Notes: a model not told the origin generated them from the letters alone. Shown: positions 1-11,330, counted from the first letter of the whole stretch. The stretch is 63,069 nucleotides of DNA, filler included, from Octopus bimaculoides (GCF_001194135.2; 9 parts of 9 records of this genome joined end to end with filler, not necessarily neighbours in it); one strand, 5' to 3'. Translations and numbers: made by a program.

Positions 1-335
1 TAAGCAAGCTACTTACCACACAGCCACTCCTGCGCCTTATAAAAGATCATTTCTAAAAAAGAAATCCTCCTTGTACATATAATAAAACAGAATCATATTT
101 ATACAATCCAAAAATCAATATATATAAACAATATGTGAATTTTAACTGACAAAGTAGCCAATACAGACAGATGTTTGGTAAAGAAACCACCACAAATGAT
201 GATAAAATAATGGAGTCTAAGCAAACCAGGAAGCCTAAAACACAAGGAATGGTGTGTGTTATTTGAATTATTGAGGTTTTCTGGCAATGTTTTAGCAACA
301 GTTACAGAAAAATCTGTCTGTCTGTCTACACCTGT

Positions 336-376
<41 letters not shown>

Positions 377-626
377 GTCTGTCAGTGTGTGTTTATAGAT
401 TCTTTCATCATAAAAGCTTACGTGATGGTAATTACCTGAGATGAAGAAGAGATAAAGAAAAAATGTTGGTAGAAAGATAAATCTGATTGTGTGGTCTTTG
501 GTCAAGACACTCACTAGTGACAGTATAATAGATTGGGAGAATTAGAACTGACCAAACATATAAACATAATTATATACAAAATAGAAAATATAAAGGTTTA
601 TCTTGTCATTGCCAGCAAATACTTAC

Positions 627-802
627 AGTGGTGGTAAAATGGCTGTTAATTTTTCTTTCAGATTTTCATCCATGATGAGGTCCACTGGAGTCTTATTCTC
701 CATATTTTTCTGGTAAAAGTTGGCTCCAAAATGAAATAGGGAGCTTGCAACTACAACATTACAAGTCCTGTCTTTCAGGTCCAGAGAGAGCTTAAAGGCA
801 CA
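627..802 (-). CDS. Internal coding exon of an ankyrin-repeat (Mind-bomb-like E3 ligase family) gene
   Basis: Acceptor ttgtttcatcgtttgtag|TGT at 802 and donor CT|gtaagt at 627; 176 bp open frame CAFKLSLDLKDRTCNVVVASSLFHFGANFYQKNMENKTPVDLIMDENLKEKLTAILPP with an ankyrin GA-x-x-x-KN-x-x-x-KTP-x-DL motif. Phase 0 start fits the phase 0 end of the 2520 exon. Too short for the ORF track. Confidence 0.85.
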
Positions 803-1048
803 CTACAAACGATGAAACAACGATAAGTTCAATAATACACAAGCATATATTATAGATAATGGAACTACTACCAAAATAATAAAACACTAGACACTACAGA
901 CCAACAAGAACCTATCTGTACAACTGGCTTGGTAAAGGCAAGTGGCCATACCAAACGAAATACTTATGGAAGCATGGTGAGCTACATTTGTTGTGTTTAT
1001 ATATAACACAACAACATGAAAACGATGTAAATTATATCAGAAAAGAGA

Positions 1049-1594
1049 ACTCCGTCGCTTACGACGTCGAGGGTTCCAGCTGATCCGATCAATGGAACAG
1101 CCTGCTCGTGAAATTAACGTGCAAGTGGCTGAGCACTCCACAGACACGTGTACCCTTAATGTAGTTCTCGGGGGATATTCAGCGTGACAGAGAGTGTGAC
1201 AAGGCTGACCCTTTGAATTACAGGCACAACAGAAACAGGAAGTAAGAGTGAGAGAAAGTTGTGGTGGAAGAGTACAGCAGGGTTCGCCACNNNNNNNNNN
1301 GCACTCCACAGACACGTGTACCCTTAATGTAGTTCTCGGGGGATATTCAGCGTGACAGAGAGTGTGACAAGGCTGACCCTTTGAATTACAGGCACAACAG
1401 AAACAGGAAGTAAGAGTGAGAGAAAGTTGTGGTGGAAGAGTACAGCAGGGTTCGCCACCATCCCCTGCCGGAGCCTCGTGGAGCTTTAGGTGTTTTCGCT
1501 CAATAAACACTCACAACGCCCGGTCTGGGAATCGAAACTGCACTCCTATGACCGCGAGTCCACTGCCTTAACCACTGGGCCATTGTGCCTCCAC
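1049..1594 (-). mobile_element. tRNA-derived SINE family B (octopus OK/OR-like); internal duplication is an assembly artefact
   Basis: tRNA-like head (rc ggaggcacaatggcccagtggttaaggcagtggactcgcgg) and tail ctggaaccctcgacgtcgtaagcgacggagt; homologous to copies at 56205 and 61049. About 160 bp is duplicated across the 10-N gap at 1291-1300. Confidence 0.85.
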
Positions 1595-2519
1595 AAGCAA
1601 AACCAATATTACACAATTAATCAATAAACATCTTTGGATGCTGAAGGTGAAGTAAAGGAAGTACGAATTAGTGTCACAGTTGAGGCAGCACACCAACACA
1701 TTATAGTTAATAAACTGTTCAAACTATTAGTCTGATAAACAATTCCAGTATGTGGGGTGGTAGGTGGATACCAGAGGAGGTCCTTGTCACTAAAGGAGAC
1801 ATTATTACAATTTACAGATGACCATCAACTGTCTGAAATAGAGTCACACATCTATAGTGACTTTTATTTATATGGGAATGAAGGAGTTGACAATAAACAG
1901 CATCAGATCTACCAATGGATAGATGTTGATGGCTTTGTATATGAATATATGTAGTTGTACATACAAAATTTAAGTACAGGAAAATAAACGAAGGTCATTG
2001 CATCATTGTTCCCGTTCTCTAGTGTTCTAAAGGTCAACATTGTTATGACATGTTCATAAGAGGTCAGTGGATATAAGCCATGTACAAGAAGTGTGAGAGC
2101 TGTTTCAGTAAGAATTCTTCACACAATGAACTGGGTGTATTTATCATTGCACCAGCACTATAAGGGTTACCGTCTATCATATCATACAGACCTCTCTTCT
2201 ACCCTGTATCATTGTTATTTGGGAATATCTCCTCTCCTCAATAGGTCGCCTCTCCTTCACATTGTGATGGCTGTGTTTATATAGACAACATATGAGATGG
2301 GTCACCTTCTGCACTATGGAGAGGCAATACCTTTGAGGGTCGATGAAGATGGAATAATGCAACTAGGTTTATCAGGAAAGACTGGATCACGAAATGGTAA
2401 TGGAGGGTGAGGCTGCTAAGTGTATATTGATGCATGAGAAGCAACATCTGTTTCACTCTCTCTCTCTCAAACACACACAAATACACATATATTTACTCAC
2501 AAAGAATTTGAAAACTTAC

Positions 2520-2732
2520 CGTATCTAAGATGGCCATGGGCTCCACCTCAGAATGAAAGAATGCATCTTTGTGTAAGGCCAGGTGCAGGCAATTATTGCC
2601 TTCATTGTCGACAACATTTACATTCACACGCCTGGCTATCACTTTCTGCATTATTCCGAGGTGACCCCTGGAGACGGCTTCAAGCAATGGTGTCCTATTT
2701 TCATTGTTCTTGATTTCTAAATCCAATGAACA
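2520..2732 (-). CDS. Internal coding exon, ankyrin repeats (Mind-bomb-like family)
   Basis: Acceptor ttttctatttttacctccacaaag|TGT and donor ACG|gtaagt; 213 bp, phase 0-0; CSLDLEIKNNENRTPLLEAVSRGHLGIMQKVIARRVNVNVVDNEGNNCLHLALHKDAFFHSEVEPMAILDT contains two ankyrin motifs (TPLLEA..GH and GNNCLHLA). Confidence 0.9.
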
Positions 2733-3205
2733 CTTTGTGGAGGTAAAAATAGAAAATGAAAATCAGGGTTGATATCAATGTCTCATTAATCTCTTCTACT
2801 GGGTACTTGATCAAACTGATCAAATACATTAGATGTTTGCCAGTGAAATCAGACTTCCATATGATTCCTCCATAACTTGCTATTAAGAAGTCATAAACAG
2901 ATTGTTGCAGCCTATTCCACATTTATCCCTCACTATAGTAAGTTGTAGGGGAGTTGAACGAGAGTGAACAAATGATTAACAGATCAAGACTAATAAATAC
3001 AAATTATACATCTAACGTTTACTTTTGATGTTGCTATAGTAATAAGGAGTTCATAAAACTGCTCAAGTGTTTAGTGTCCATATCCACAAAATCAATGCGC
3101 ACACACACACACACATCAATGTTACATATATAAATATATATATATAAATATATAAATATATATATAAACATATAAATAAATATATATATAAACATATAAA
3201 TATAT

Positions 3206-3594
3206 ATAAAGTAGTTGTATACTGCCAACTTAACATGACAGTCCCAATAAGGGAATATACTACTGCTATTTAACCCTAGGAAGCTGAACCGCTTCCTGTC
3301 GGCCTTGACACATTTGTTGTGTTTCACTGAAATAGTATATGTTTGCGATGGTTTGACAGACTTTTTCAACCAGCCGGTCGTGCTACTTCAGGCTGATGAC
3401 AAGCAAAGACTCAGAAACATGTCCCTGAATGCAGGCTAGGCTGGGTGGAAGAGTGTCTCCCCCTCGCAAACATAAGGACACAGGAAATGTGTCAAGGCCG
3501 ACAGGAAGCGGTCCAGCTTCCTAGGGCTAAATAACAGTAGCATATTCCCTTATTGGGACTGTCACGTTAAATTGGCAGTATACAACTACTTTAT
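3206..3594. mobile_element. MITE with ~110-bp terminal inverted repeats
   Basis: 3206-3315 (ataaagtagttgtatactgccaacttaac...ggccttgacacattt) is the reverse complement of 3485-3594 apart from a few substitutions; no coding capacity. Confidence 0.9.
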
Positions 3595-3679
3595 CGCATC
3601 ACTACTGCCTAAGTCTCTCTGAGAGATTTAGAAATTTATTATTTCTAATAAATATATATATATATAATTTTTCAAAGTA

Positions 3680-4005
3680 AACTCTGTAATCGTTACCAAT
3701 ATGGCAGGAGATTTCACCTCAAAAAATCTAAATTAGACTCCTTAAGGATCGTTCTCCTTGGTTATATATCCAAAGTTTTAAATTTTTACATTTAAGAAAG
3801 AGATTTGACGCCGATGTCCATATCAATGTATTTAATCCAATGTTTAACATTTCTGTATAAAGCTATATTTGACCACTAAGTATAAGTCAAATAAATCATT
3901 TGCCATAATTAATATTAAAAATTTCAGTAATAATTATAATAGGCATAGAATATGGCAAGGGGTTACCTCCCCTTAAATGTAAAAATTTAAAACTTTGGAT
4001 ATACA
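3680..4005. mobile_element. Partial MITE-like element, same family as 36850-37160
   Basis: tatatccaaagttttaaatttttacatttaag (~3765-3795) is inverted at ~3972-4000; gttaccaatatggcaggagatttcac...aaattagactccttaaggatcgttctccttg recurs as reverse complement at ~37070-37155. Confidence 0.55.
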
Positions 4006-4142
4006 AATATATATATAAATAAATATATATATATATAAATATAAATAAATATATATATATATAAATAAATATATATATATATATATAAATATAAATAAAT
4101 ATATATATATATATAAATATATATATAAATATATATATATAA

Positions 4143-4173
<31 letters not shown>

Positions 4174-4305
4174 AAAATATATATATATATATATAAATAT
4201 ATAAATAAATATATAAATATATAAATAAATATATAAATATATAAATAAATGTATAAATAAATATATAAATAAATATATAAATATATATATAAATATTTGT
4301 TTTGC
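3995..4305. repeat. Complex (AT)n/(ATAA)n microsatellite
   Basis: Nearly pure A/T periodic tract; produces the spurious YI-rich ORF 3987-4307. Confidence 0.95.
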
Positions 4306-4370
4306 AAGATTTTTTATGTGAAATCGNNNNNNNNNNNNNNNNNNNNNNNNNNNNNNNNNNNNNNNNNNNN

Positions 4371-4382
4371 TTAATTAATTAA
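4371..4382. other. Scaffolding linker TTAATTAATTAA inside an N pad (assembly artefact; 8 copies)
   Basis: Identical 12-mer embedded in N runs at 4371, 7987, 17911, 30492, 37834, 56546, 58221 and 59897; it has stops in all six frames. Confidence 0.95.
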
Positions 4383-4426
4383 NNNNNNNNNNNNNNNNNN
4401 NNNNNNNNNNNNNNNNNNNNNNNNNN

Positions 4427-4467
<41 letters not shown>

Positions 4468-5186
4468 TTACATATATGTGTGTGTGTGTGTATGCGTGTA
4501 TGTAATCTTTGTTTTTAAATTAATCCATATGAAACCTAAAACTGTACAAGCAAGCCAGAAAGAAAGCAAATGTTTATATTACGTGTTATCAGCTACATAT
4601 ATATATGTATGCGTGTGTGTGTGTATCTATGCACATAGCTATATTTTCGCATGAAAATATACATGTGCATGAGTCTATATCAGGGTATTTACGCGCTGAA
4701 GTGTATATCTATGTAACCTGTATAGTACATAACAGAACAAATTTTATTGTAGTGGTGGGTATTTTTGGTTTGTAATCCATCTGATACTGAAATATAAAAA
4801 GAAATTGCACAAAAATAAAGAGAAATTAAAAACGAAACGAAAGAGGAAAACACGGTTGCAAATCGAAATACCGAAACCTTCTCTAAGTACAAGAACGAGA
4901 AGAAAAATCTATTGTAATTCTTTTAATACTAAATAGCAACGACGTTTGGTGTTCTTGATATGCTGCTCGGAGATTAATCTGATTCTTTCGTATTATGGAT
5001 CTCTTCCCTTTATCTTCTTTAAAAAAATGAGTTTTGGTGTTCCGGGGTATGGTATACTTATCAAAAAAAAAAATTGTAGTTAATCTTGCATTATTTTGGT
5101 TTTGGATGGGTGAAATCTACATTTTTACCGCATTTAACCCCCCCTCTCTATCTCACTGTACATATATCTGTGTGTCTATCTATCTA

Positions 5187-5212
5187 TCTATCGATAGATC
5201 TCTCTCTCTCTC

Positions 5213-5266
<54 letters not shown>

Positions 5267-5434
5267 TACATACATACATATATATAAATATGTGTATGTA
5301 TGTATGTCTGTATGTGTGTGTGTGTGTATATGTATACACACATATATATTCATGAGTATATGTGTATATATATCATATATATGCATATATATTTATATAT
5401 ACATAAACGTACATACATACATACGTGCATATAT

Positions 5435-5489
<55 letters not shown>

Positions 5490-5500
5490 AATGTATATAC
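5187..5500. repeat. Compound microsatellite (CTAT/CT/AT/ACAT/CA)
   Basis: Directly visible adjacent simple-repeat tracts. Confidence 0.95.
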
Positions 5501-5854
5501 ATATTATATGTATGTATATACATATGCATTAACGTGAAGATCTATACGCGCGTGTGCGTGTGGTTGTGTGTTTTGTGTGTCAGTATGGAAGAGGGGGAAA
5601 ACGGGCACATTATTCTGCAAGTGCAGTATGAATAACTTAATTCAGTCAACCGAAACGAATGCAAGCACAACCTTATGTTTCATGAAGCACGGTGGGACCT
5701 AGGATGCATTGAAGTCATTAGACTGGACACGGAGATACGAAACGATGTCTTGTTATAGTCCTCTATCCAGAAAGAATATCTTGGCTAGAAGATCATTTTC
5801 CGATTCATCACCAGAAATTTCATTTTGGTGTGATGCTACAAGTTTCACCTTAGA

Positions 5855-5889
<35 letters not shown>

Positions 5890-5917
5890 CACACGCACAC
5901 ACACACACATACATATA

Positions 5918-6089
5918 GGCGCAGATGTGGCTGTGTGACAAGAAGCTGCTTCCCAATAACATGGTACCGTATTCAGTCCCACTGCGCGGCACCTTGGACA
6001 AGTGACTGCAACTATAGCCGACGAAAGCCTTGCGAGCGGATTGGTAGATAGAAATTGAAAAAAGCTCGTCGTATATATACGACGAGCTT
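5918..6089 (+). mobile_element. SINE family A, 5' half, ending in a perfect 28-bp palindrome
   Basis: Head ggcgcagatgtggctgtgtgacaagaagctgcttcccaa...ttcagtcccactgcgcggcaccttggacaagtg matches the full copy at 62575; it ends in aagctcgtcgtatatatacgacgagctt. Confidence 0.85.
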
Positions 6090-6218
6090 GTTGCACTGTG
6101 TGTAATTACGCCCGCTAAATGTAATTATGGCCGCTAAATGCAGCCTGCATGAGCGAGGCCATTATTTATGAAGCCACAGTAAATTACATATTTAACTGAT
6201 ATATATATATATCATTTA

Positions 6219-6870
6219 AATCATGGTCTGGTTTTTACATTTTTTATTTATGATATTTTAAAATAATATTAATTTTTTACAATGTTGAAGTGTGTTAAAC
6301 ATAAAAAAATATTTTGTAATGTTCGTGAAGTTCAATTAGCGCTTTCATACGTTCGTAGTAATCATCGGACTTCAAAATGTATTTAACTGATAGTTGAGTT
6401 CTTGACAACTGTAGTAAAATGACTAACTGCTTCTTTTTCGTACCTCTTAGGAGGCACCAAGTAGTTGAATTTTTGAAATACGGTTTTGACCAGTCCGCAT
6501 GCAGCTTAAACGTCACGACTTGCCGGGCGTACCGATATTACTGGCACAAATCCCGCCTTTATTTTAACCAATTAGCTTGCGGTTGACGTGTAATAGTTTT
6601 ATGAGCGAGCAAACTTAGCTGGTTTCGATCGTTTTTATTTCAGTTGGTTGGAATCTTCTGTAATTTTTTATATTCAAATGACAAAAATATTTTTTTTAAA
6701 TATAGTTAAATACTTTTTGAAATCTGATGATTACTACGAACATATGAAAGCGCTAACTGAATTTTACGAATTTTACAAAATATTTTTTTAATATTTAACA
6801 CACTTCAACATTGTAAACAGTTTTTTTTAAATGCAATAATAAAAAAAAACGTGAAAATCAGACCATGTTT
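6219..6870. mobile_element. MITE with ~170-bp terminal inverted repeats
   Basis: 6219-6388 (catggtctggtttttac...tttacaatgttgaagtgtgttaaa...agcgctttcatacgttcgtagtaatcatc) matches the reverse complement of 6704-6870. Confidence 0.85.
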
Positions 6871-6918
6871 TAACTTTAGTCACTGATATATTATTCTATG
6901 CACATTTACACAAATCCG

Positions 6919-6962
<44 letters not shown>

Positions 6963-6989
6963 GCCTCAGTGTGTGTGTGTGACTGCTTT

Positions 6990-7232
6990 CTGCAGGCCTA
7001 TGTGTGTTTTTGTCCCCGCACCGCTTGAGGATCAGTGTTGCTATATTTACATCCCCGTAACTTAGCAGTTGAACAAAGAGACAGATAAACTATGTCCCCG
7101 ACTACAAAAGTACAACTGACTAAATAAATAAAAAATTAGTCGTACTGGCGCCGGTTTGTTCCGAATAAAACCCTTCATGGTGGTGCCCCAGCAGAGCCAG
7201 AGTCAAATGACTGCAACAGGTTACAAATAAAA
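6990..7232 (+). mobile_element. SINE family A, 3' half
   Basis: ccccgcaccgcttgag...tttacatccccgtaacttagcagtt...ggtgccccagcagagccagagtcaaatgactgcaacag is a diverged version of the family A tail. Confidence 0.7.
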
Positions 7233-7647
7233 GATGGAATACTTATGCGTTATTTTCTTCCTCACTGATTATTAGTAAAAGACGAAAACCGATCATTATC
7301 ACAAAGTTATTTGATATATTATTCCAAACAATCATTCCATAATGTAGAAAAATTCTTATTATATTGTCTACCTACATAAAACTTCTTCAACTGTAATCAT
7401 TTTAGAATATAAATGTTATATCGTTATATACTTATATAATATTTTCCCTGTCAATGTTGATTTCAGATAAGAAAAAGATTTATGATATAGTTATTGATAA
7501 TAGTATTTCAGAAATAATTTTTGTTTTAAAAATATATAGATATCATATTATCATATATAGATATCAAATTATTAGTCTATATATTTTGGTAGTTGCAATA
7601 TATACCAAAATCTTAAATGATTTTTAAAATCATAAAGATAAGAACGT

Positions 7648-7691
<44 letters not shown>

Positions 7692-7702
7692 NNNNNNNNN
7701 NC

Positions 7703-7832
7703 TTACGAACCACATGGTTCTGGGTTCAGTCCCACTGCGTGGCACCTTGGCCAATTGTCTTCTACTATAGCCTCCGGCCGACCATAGCCTTGTGAGTGGA
7801 TTTGGCAGACGGAAACTGAAAGAAGCCCATCG

Positions 7833-7850
<18 letters not shown>
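7703..7850 (+). mobile_element. SINE family A, 5' half
   Basis: aaccacatggttctgggttcagtcccactgcgtggcaccttgg...gccttgtgagtggatttggcagacggaaactgaaagaagcccatcg followed by (TA)n. Confidence 0.85.
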
Positions 7851-7865
<15 letters not shown>

Positions 7866-8042
7866 ACTTGGGGATGGTCATATTGCCAGTTTAGCCAATA
7901 AAAACAGACGCACTGTATATTTGGTGTTAATTTGCTTCAGCTNNNNNNNNNNNNNNNNNNNNNNNNNNNNNNNNNNNNNNNNNNNNTTAATTAATTAANN
8001 NNNNNNNNNNNNNNNNNNNNNNNNNNNNNNNNNNNNNNNNNN

Positions 8043-8387
8043 CTAAGAGTACATTGTTTAGAATAAAGTATAGTAATTTGTATAAGTGGTTATAGTTAAT
8101 GTTTTTAGCCCTAGGTCCGTACAGATCCGGCAGGTCTATGATCAACTATGTCTTTTATTCATCTAGGACTACATCTTGTCGAGTTATATCGAAGGAATGC
8201 CAAATGTTGTTATTATTTAGCTTCAAGTCAGACATTATTCGACACACCTGTAATCAAAGACATTCCAGGTGTGATCGTCTCGTTTTTAATTCGGACACAG
8301 TATATCTAGGACCACATTATCTAACGCATAATGTCCTAGTAAGTAGTGGTGGCTGTAGTTGTTTTTGTTTAGCCAAATCGGTCCTCA
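8043..8387 (+). repeat. 345-bp segment identical to 17522-17866
   Basis: No mismatch found on base-by-base reading; this copy begins immediately after a linker gap. Confidence 0.95.
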
Positions 8388-8989
8388 TCCAGGGAGAACT
8401 ACGATTAAAAGATGTTCCAGTCGTGACCATCCTGTCATTTATTCAGACGTTAATGCCCCAAATTTCTATGCGTAGTGTATCCCGTTTCGTAAGACATGTA
8501 CCAATTTCAATTTTAGAAATTTCATCATTTTTCACCTTAAGGGAAACCACGTTTTACACCTACCCTCCAGCTTGTCGACCACCCGAATAGCTACACGTCA
8601 CTTTCACTTTTGGCACTTCAAACGTTTCCGATTCCGAATCATTTATCGGCTTCCAGAAATCCTGGAATATCGGGCGATACGCTGTACCCTGTATTGAGTA
8701 CACAGACCGGTGATCATTCGATATAACTCGCAGAAATGTCACAGGGCGATCATGCGATTCAAAACGAAAGATTGCCCACAGGCCTTGTTTTTGAAGTTGG
8801 TCAATTTGCATACGGTGTGTTAAGAATAGTTTTGTTAATTTTTAAGTGGATTAATAAAGATTAAACAGACTCTGCTTTACAAGTGTATTAATTTCTGCCT
8901 GTATCTGTTAAATAAAATCATGGTCGTCACTTTTCTTCGTTTAATTTTAATCCAATAAAAATTATACTGTACAGTATGAAGCTTACCTC

Positions 8990-9107
8990 GGCAGAGTTAA
9001 AGAATATGTACACCACCCGTTTTCGGTGTAACGAAAACCCTAACACTAAACCCCTAACCCTAAACCCTAACCTTAACCACCTGGTGTACGTATTCTTTAC
9101 TTTCGCC
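8990..9107. mobile_element. 118-bp MITE with 26-bp TIRs, 9-bp TSD and telomere-like core (Merlin- or Mutator-type ends)
   Basis: Left TIR ggcagagttaaagaatatgtacacca, right tggtgtacgtattctttactttcgcc; gcttacctc is duplicated at 8981-8989 and 9108-9116; interior ccctaacactaaacccctaaccctaaaccctaaccttaacc. Confidence 0.85.
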
Positions 9108-9420
9108 GCTTACCTCCACATGTGCGCCCCCACCCACCGACTTTGTAGTCTGATAACTTTCAGAAAAATGGATATTTTTAAACAAAATTTTCTACAACTG
9201 TACCTCCGATCGAGTCGATTCTGATTATGTCGGAATTTGTGTTGACCAAAATAAAAAAAAATCTCTCCGAATGTGGAGCGAGGAGTTTCAGGAGATTTTC
9301 AAACAAGCCGCTTTTGTTTCCTCATAACATTCAGAAAAATGGGTGGGGCAGAATTAGTAACCTGGGCAAAGTGATTAACTTCTAATTTCCCGTTATTTTC
9401 TCCCCACCTGTTTGAAATCG

Positions 9421-10241
9421 TGGCTAATATTAACATTATTACCTGGAATCGAAATCGAAAAAAAAAAGAAAAAATTGCAACGGGTATAAAAAAAAGGTGT
9501 AGAAAACGAACATGAAAACAAAAATGCGCGGAAAGCAACGGGGGAGGGAGATGACCTCGGAAAATTCACAAGATCTGAGTTTTACCCTCATAACTTTTAG
9601 GAACATAGATATCTTTTAATGAAATCTTATATAAATACCTTTCAAACGGCATAGATTACGATTATTGCGATATTTGTGGGTAAAATCTTTTTTCCGAAGG
9701 GGGGGGGACTTCGGAAAATTCACAAGATCCGATTTTTTCCCTCGTAACTTTAAGGAAAATGGATATCTTTTAATGAAATTGTGTATATATATACCTTTCT
9801 AATGACATGCATTATGGATGCCTAATGTGCCGTAAGCCCCTTATTTTTGTTCGGCACATTTGGCATCCGTAATGCATGCCATATGAAAGGTACATATGTT
9901 CAATTTCATTAAAAGATATCCATTTTCCTTAAAGTTACGAGGGAAAAAAAACGGATCTTGTGAATTTTTCAAAGTCCTCTCCTCACCCCTTCGGAAAAGA
10001 TTTTGCCCATAAATTTCGTTATAATCGTAATGTATGCAAATTTGAAAGGTATATAAAATTTCATTAAAAGATATCCATTTTCCTAAAAGTTATGAGGGAA
10101 AAACTCGGATCTTGTGAATTTTCCGAAGTCCCCTTCCCCCTCCATTGCTTTCCACGTATTTTTGTTTTCATATTCGTTTTCTACACCTGTTGCCCTATTT
10201 TTTTTTTATTTCGTTTCCGGCTAATGATGTCAACATTAACC
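9421..10241. mobile_element. Foldback-type element: ~820-bp imperfect palindrome with internal ~150-bp subrepeats
   Basis: Arms 9421-9832 and 9852-10241 are reverse complements around a 19-nt loop; the unit cttcggaaaattcacaagatc...gatatcttttaatgaaat occurs twice per arm. Confidence 0.85.
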
Positions 10242-10898
10242 GAAATCATTACACTGTAAGTATTGCATCATCATTTTGTACTGTTGTATTTGTCTTTTAG
10301 AGTAAAAACTGGTCAGTACAGTTGTGAGAGTAATCAGCTGGCAGATCCGCTTTTTTCAAGAAAGTTTTTCTCAACTTTGACGCGATTGTCAGTGAAATTG
10401 CTAATAAAATACCTGGATAATTTTTGGTATTTAACAATCAATATTATTTTCTCTGTTGGATTCCAAGTCAATTTTTTCCCACACTAATGTCTAATTTGAT
10501 AATTTCCAAGTTTCAAAAAAAATGATGTCTAAAATGGGGTAAAATGAGTAATGTCTCATTTCAATAATTTGTCTTTAACTGCATGGTGAATATCACAAAG
10601 TGGACACTCCAGCAGATCGTGAAGAAGCTACAATATTCTTTGCTAACTTCTTTTTTATTTAGTCGAATTTCGTTAATTTTGCAACATGTGCCATTTTTCC
10701 CTAACTCGCTTTCATTTGACTGAGATATTTAATTTTTTTCTTTTGCATTTCTGATCTTTCTGATGTCTAAGGATGGATAATGATGTGTATTAGTCCANNN
10801 NNNNNNNNNNNNNNNNNNNNNNNNNNNNNNNNNNNNNNNNNNNNNNNNNNNNNNNNNNNNNNNNNNNNNNNNNNNNNNNNNNNNNNNNNNNNNNNNNN

Positions 10899-11330
10899 TT
10901 TTACTTGTTTCAGTCTTTTGACTGTGGCCATGCTGGAGCACCGCCTTTAATCGAGCAAATCGACCCCAGAACTTATTCTTTGTAAGCCTAGTACTTATTC
11001 TATCGGTCTCTTTACCAAACCGCTAAGTTACGGGGACGTAAACACACCAGCATCCGTTGTCAAGCGATGTTGGGGGGACAAACACAGACACACAAACACA
11101 CACACACACAGATACATACATATATATATATATATACATATATACGACGGGTTTCTTTCAGTTTCCGTCTACCAAATCCACTCACAAGGCTTTTCTTTGG
11201 CCCGAGACTATAGTAGAAGACACTTGCCCAAGGTGCCACGCAGTGGGAATGAACCCAAACCATGTGGTTAGTAAGTAAGCTACTCACCACACAGCCACGC
11301 CTGCTCCTATGTGGACATTTGTAAAAATTA
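10899..11330 (-). mobile_element. SINE family A, near full length
   Basis: Reverse complement of head, internal (CA)/(TA) tract and tail (ttttacttgtttcagtc...gactgtggccatgctggagcaccgcc). Confidence 0.9.

Noticed and set aside
200-450. Possible next (RING) exon of the ankyrin gene after acceptor-like sites at ~435 and ~234
   Set aside because: The required phase gives no Cys/His RING pattern; the exon is probably outside the window.
1131-1458. Apparent tandem duplication inside SINE B (also 16566-16836 and 24697-25363)
   Set aside because: Each pair is identical and separated by exactly 10 N, the signature of unmerged overlapping contig ends.
5753-5832. Short acidic minus-strand frame VKLVASHQNEISGDESENDLLAKIFFLDRGL
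   Set aside because: The acceptor context is a CA repeat and no family is recognisable; insufficient support.
8542-8726. Candidate PLA2 exon 2 after contig re-ordering (acceptor caccttaag|GG gives DG-KPRFTPT...)
   Set aside because: The start loosely resembles the group XII KP..PT stretch, but the diagnostic NGCG motif and a suitable donor are absent and the frame ends in a stop.
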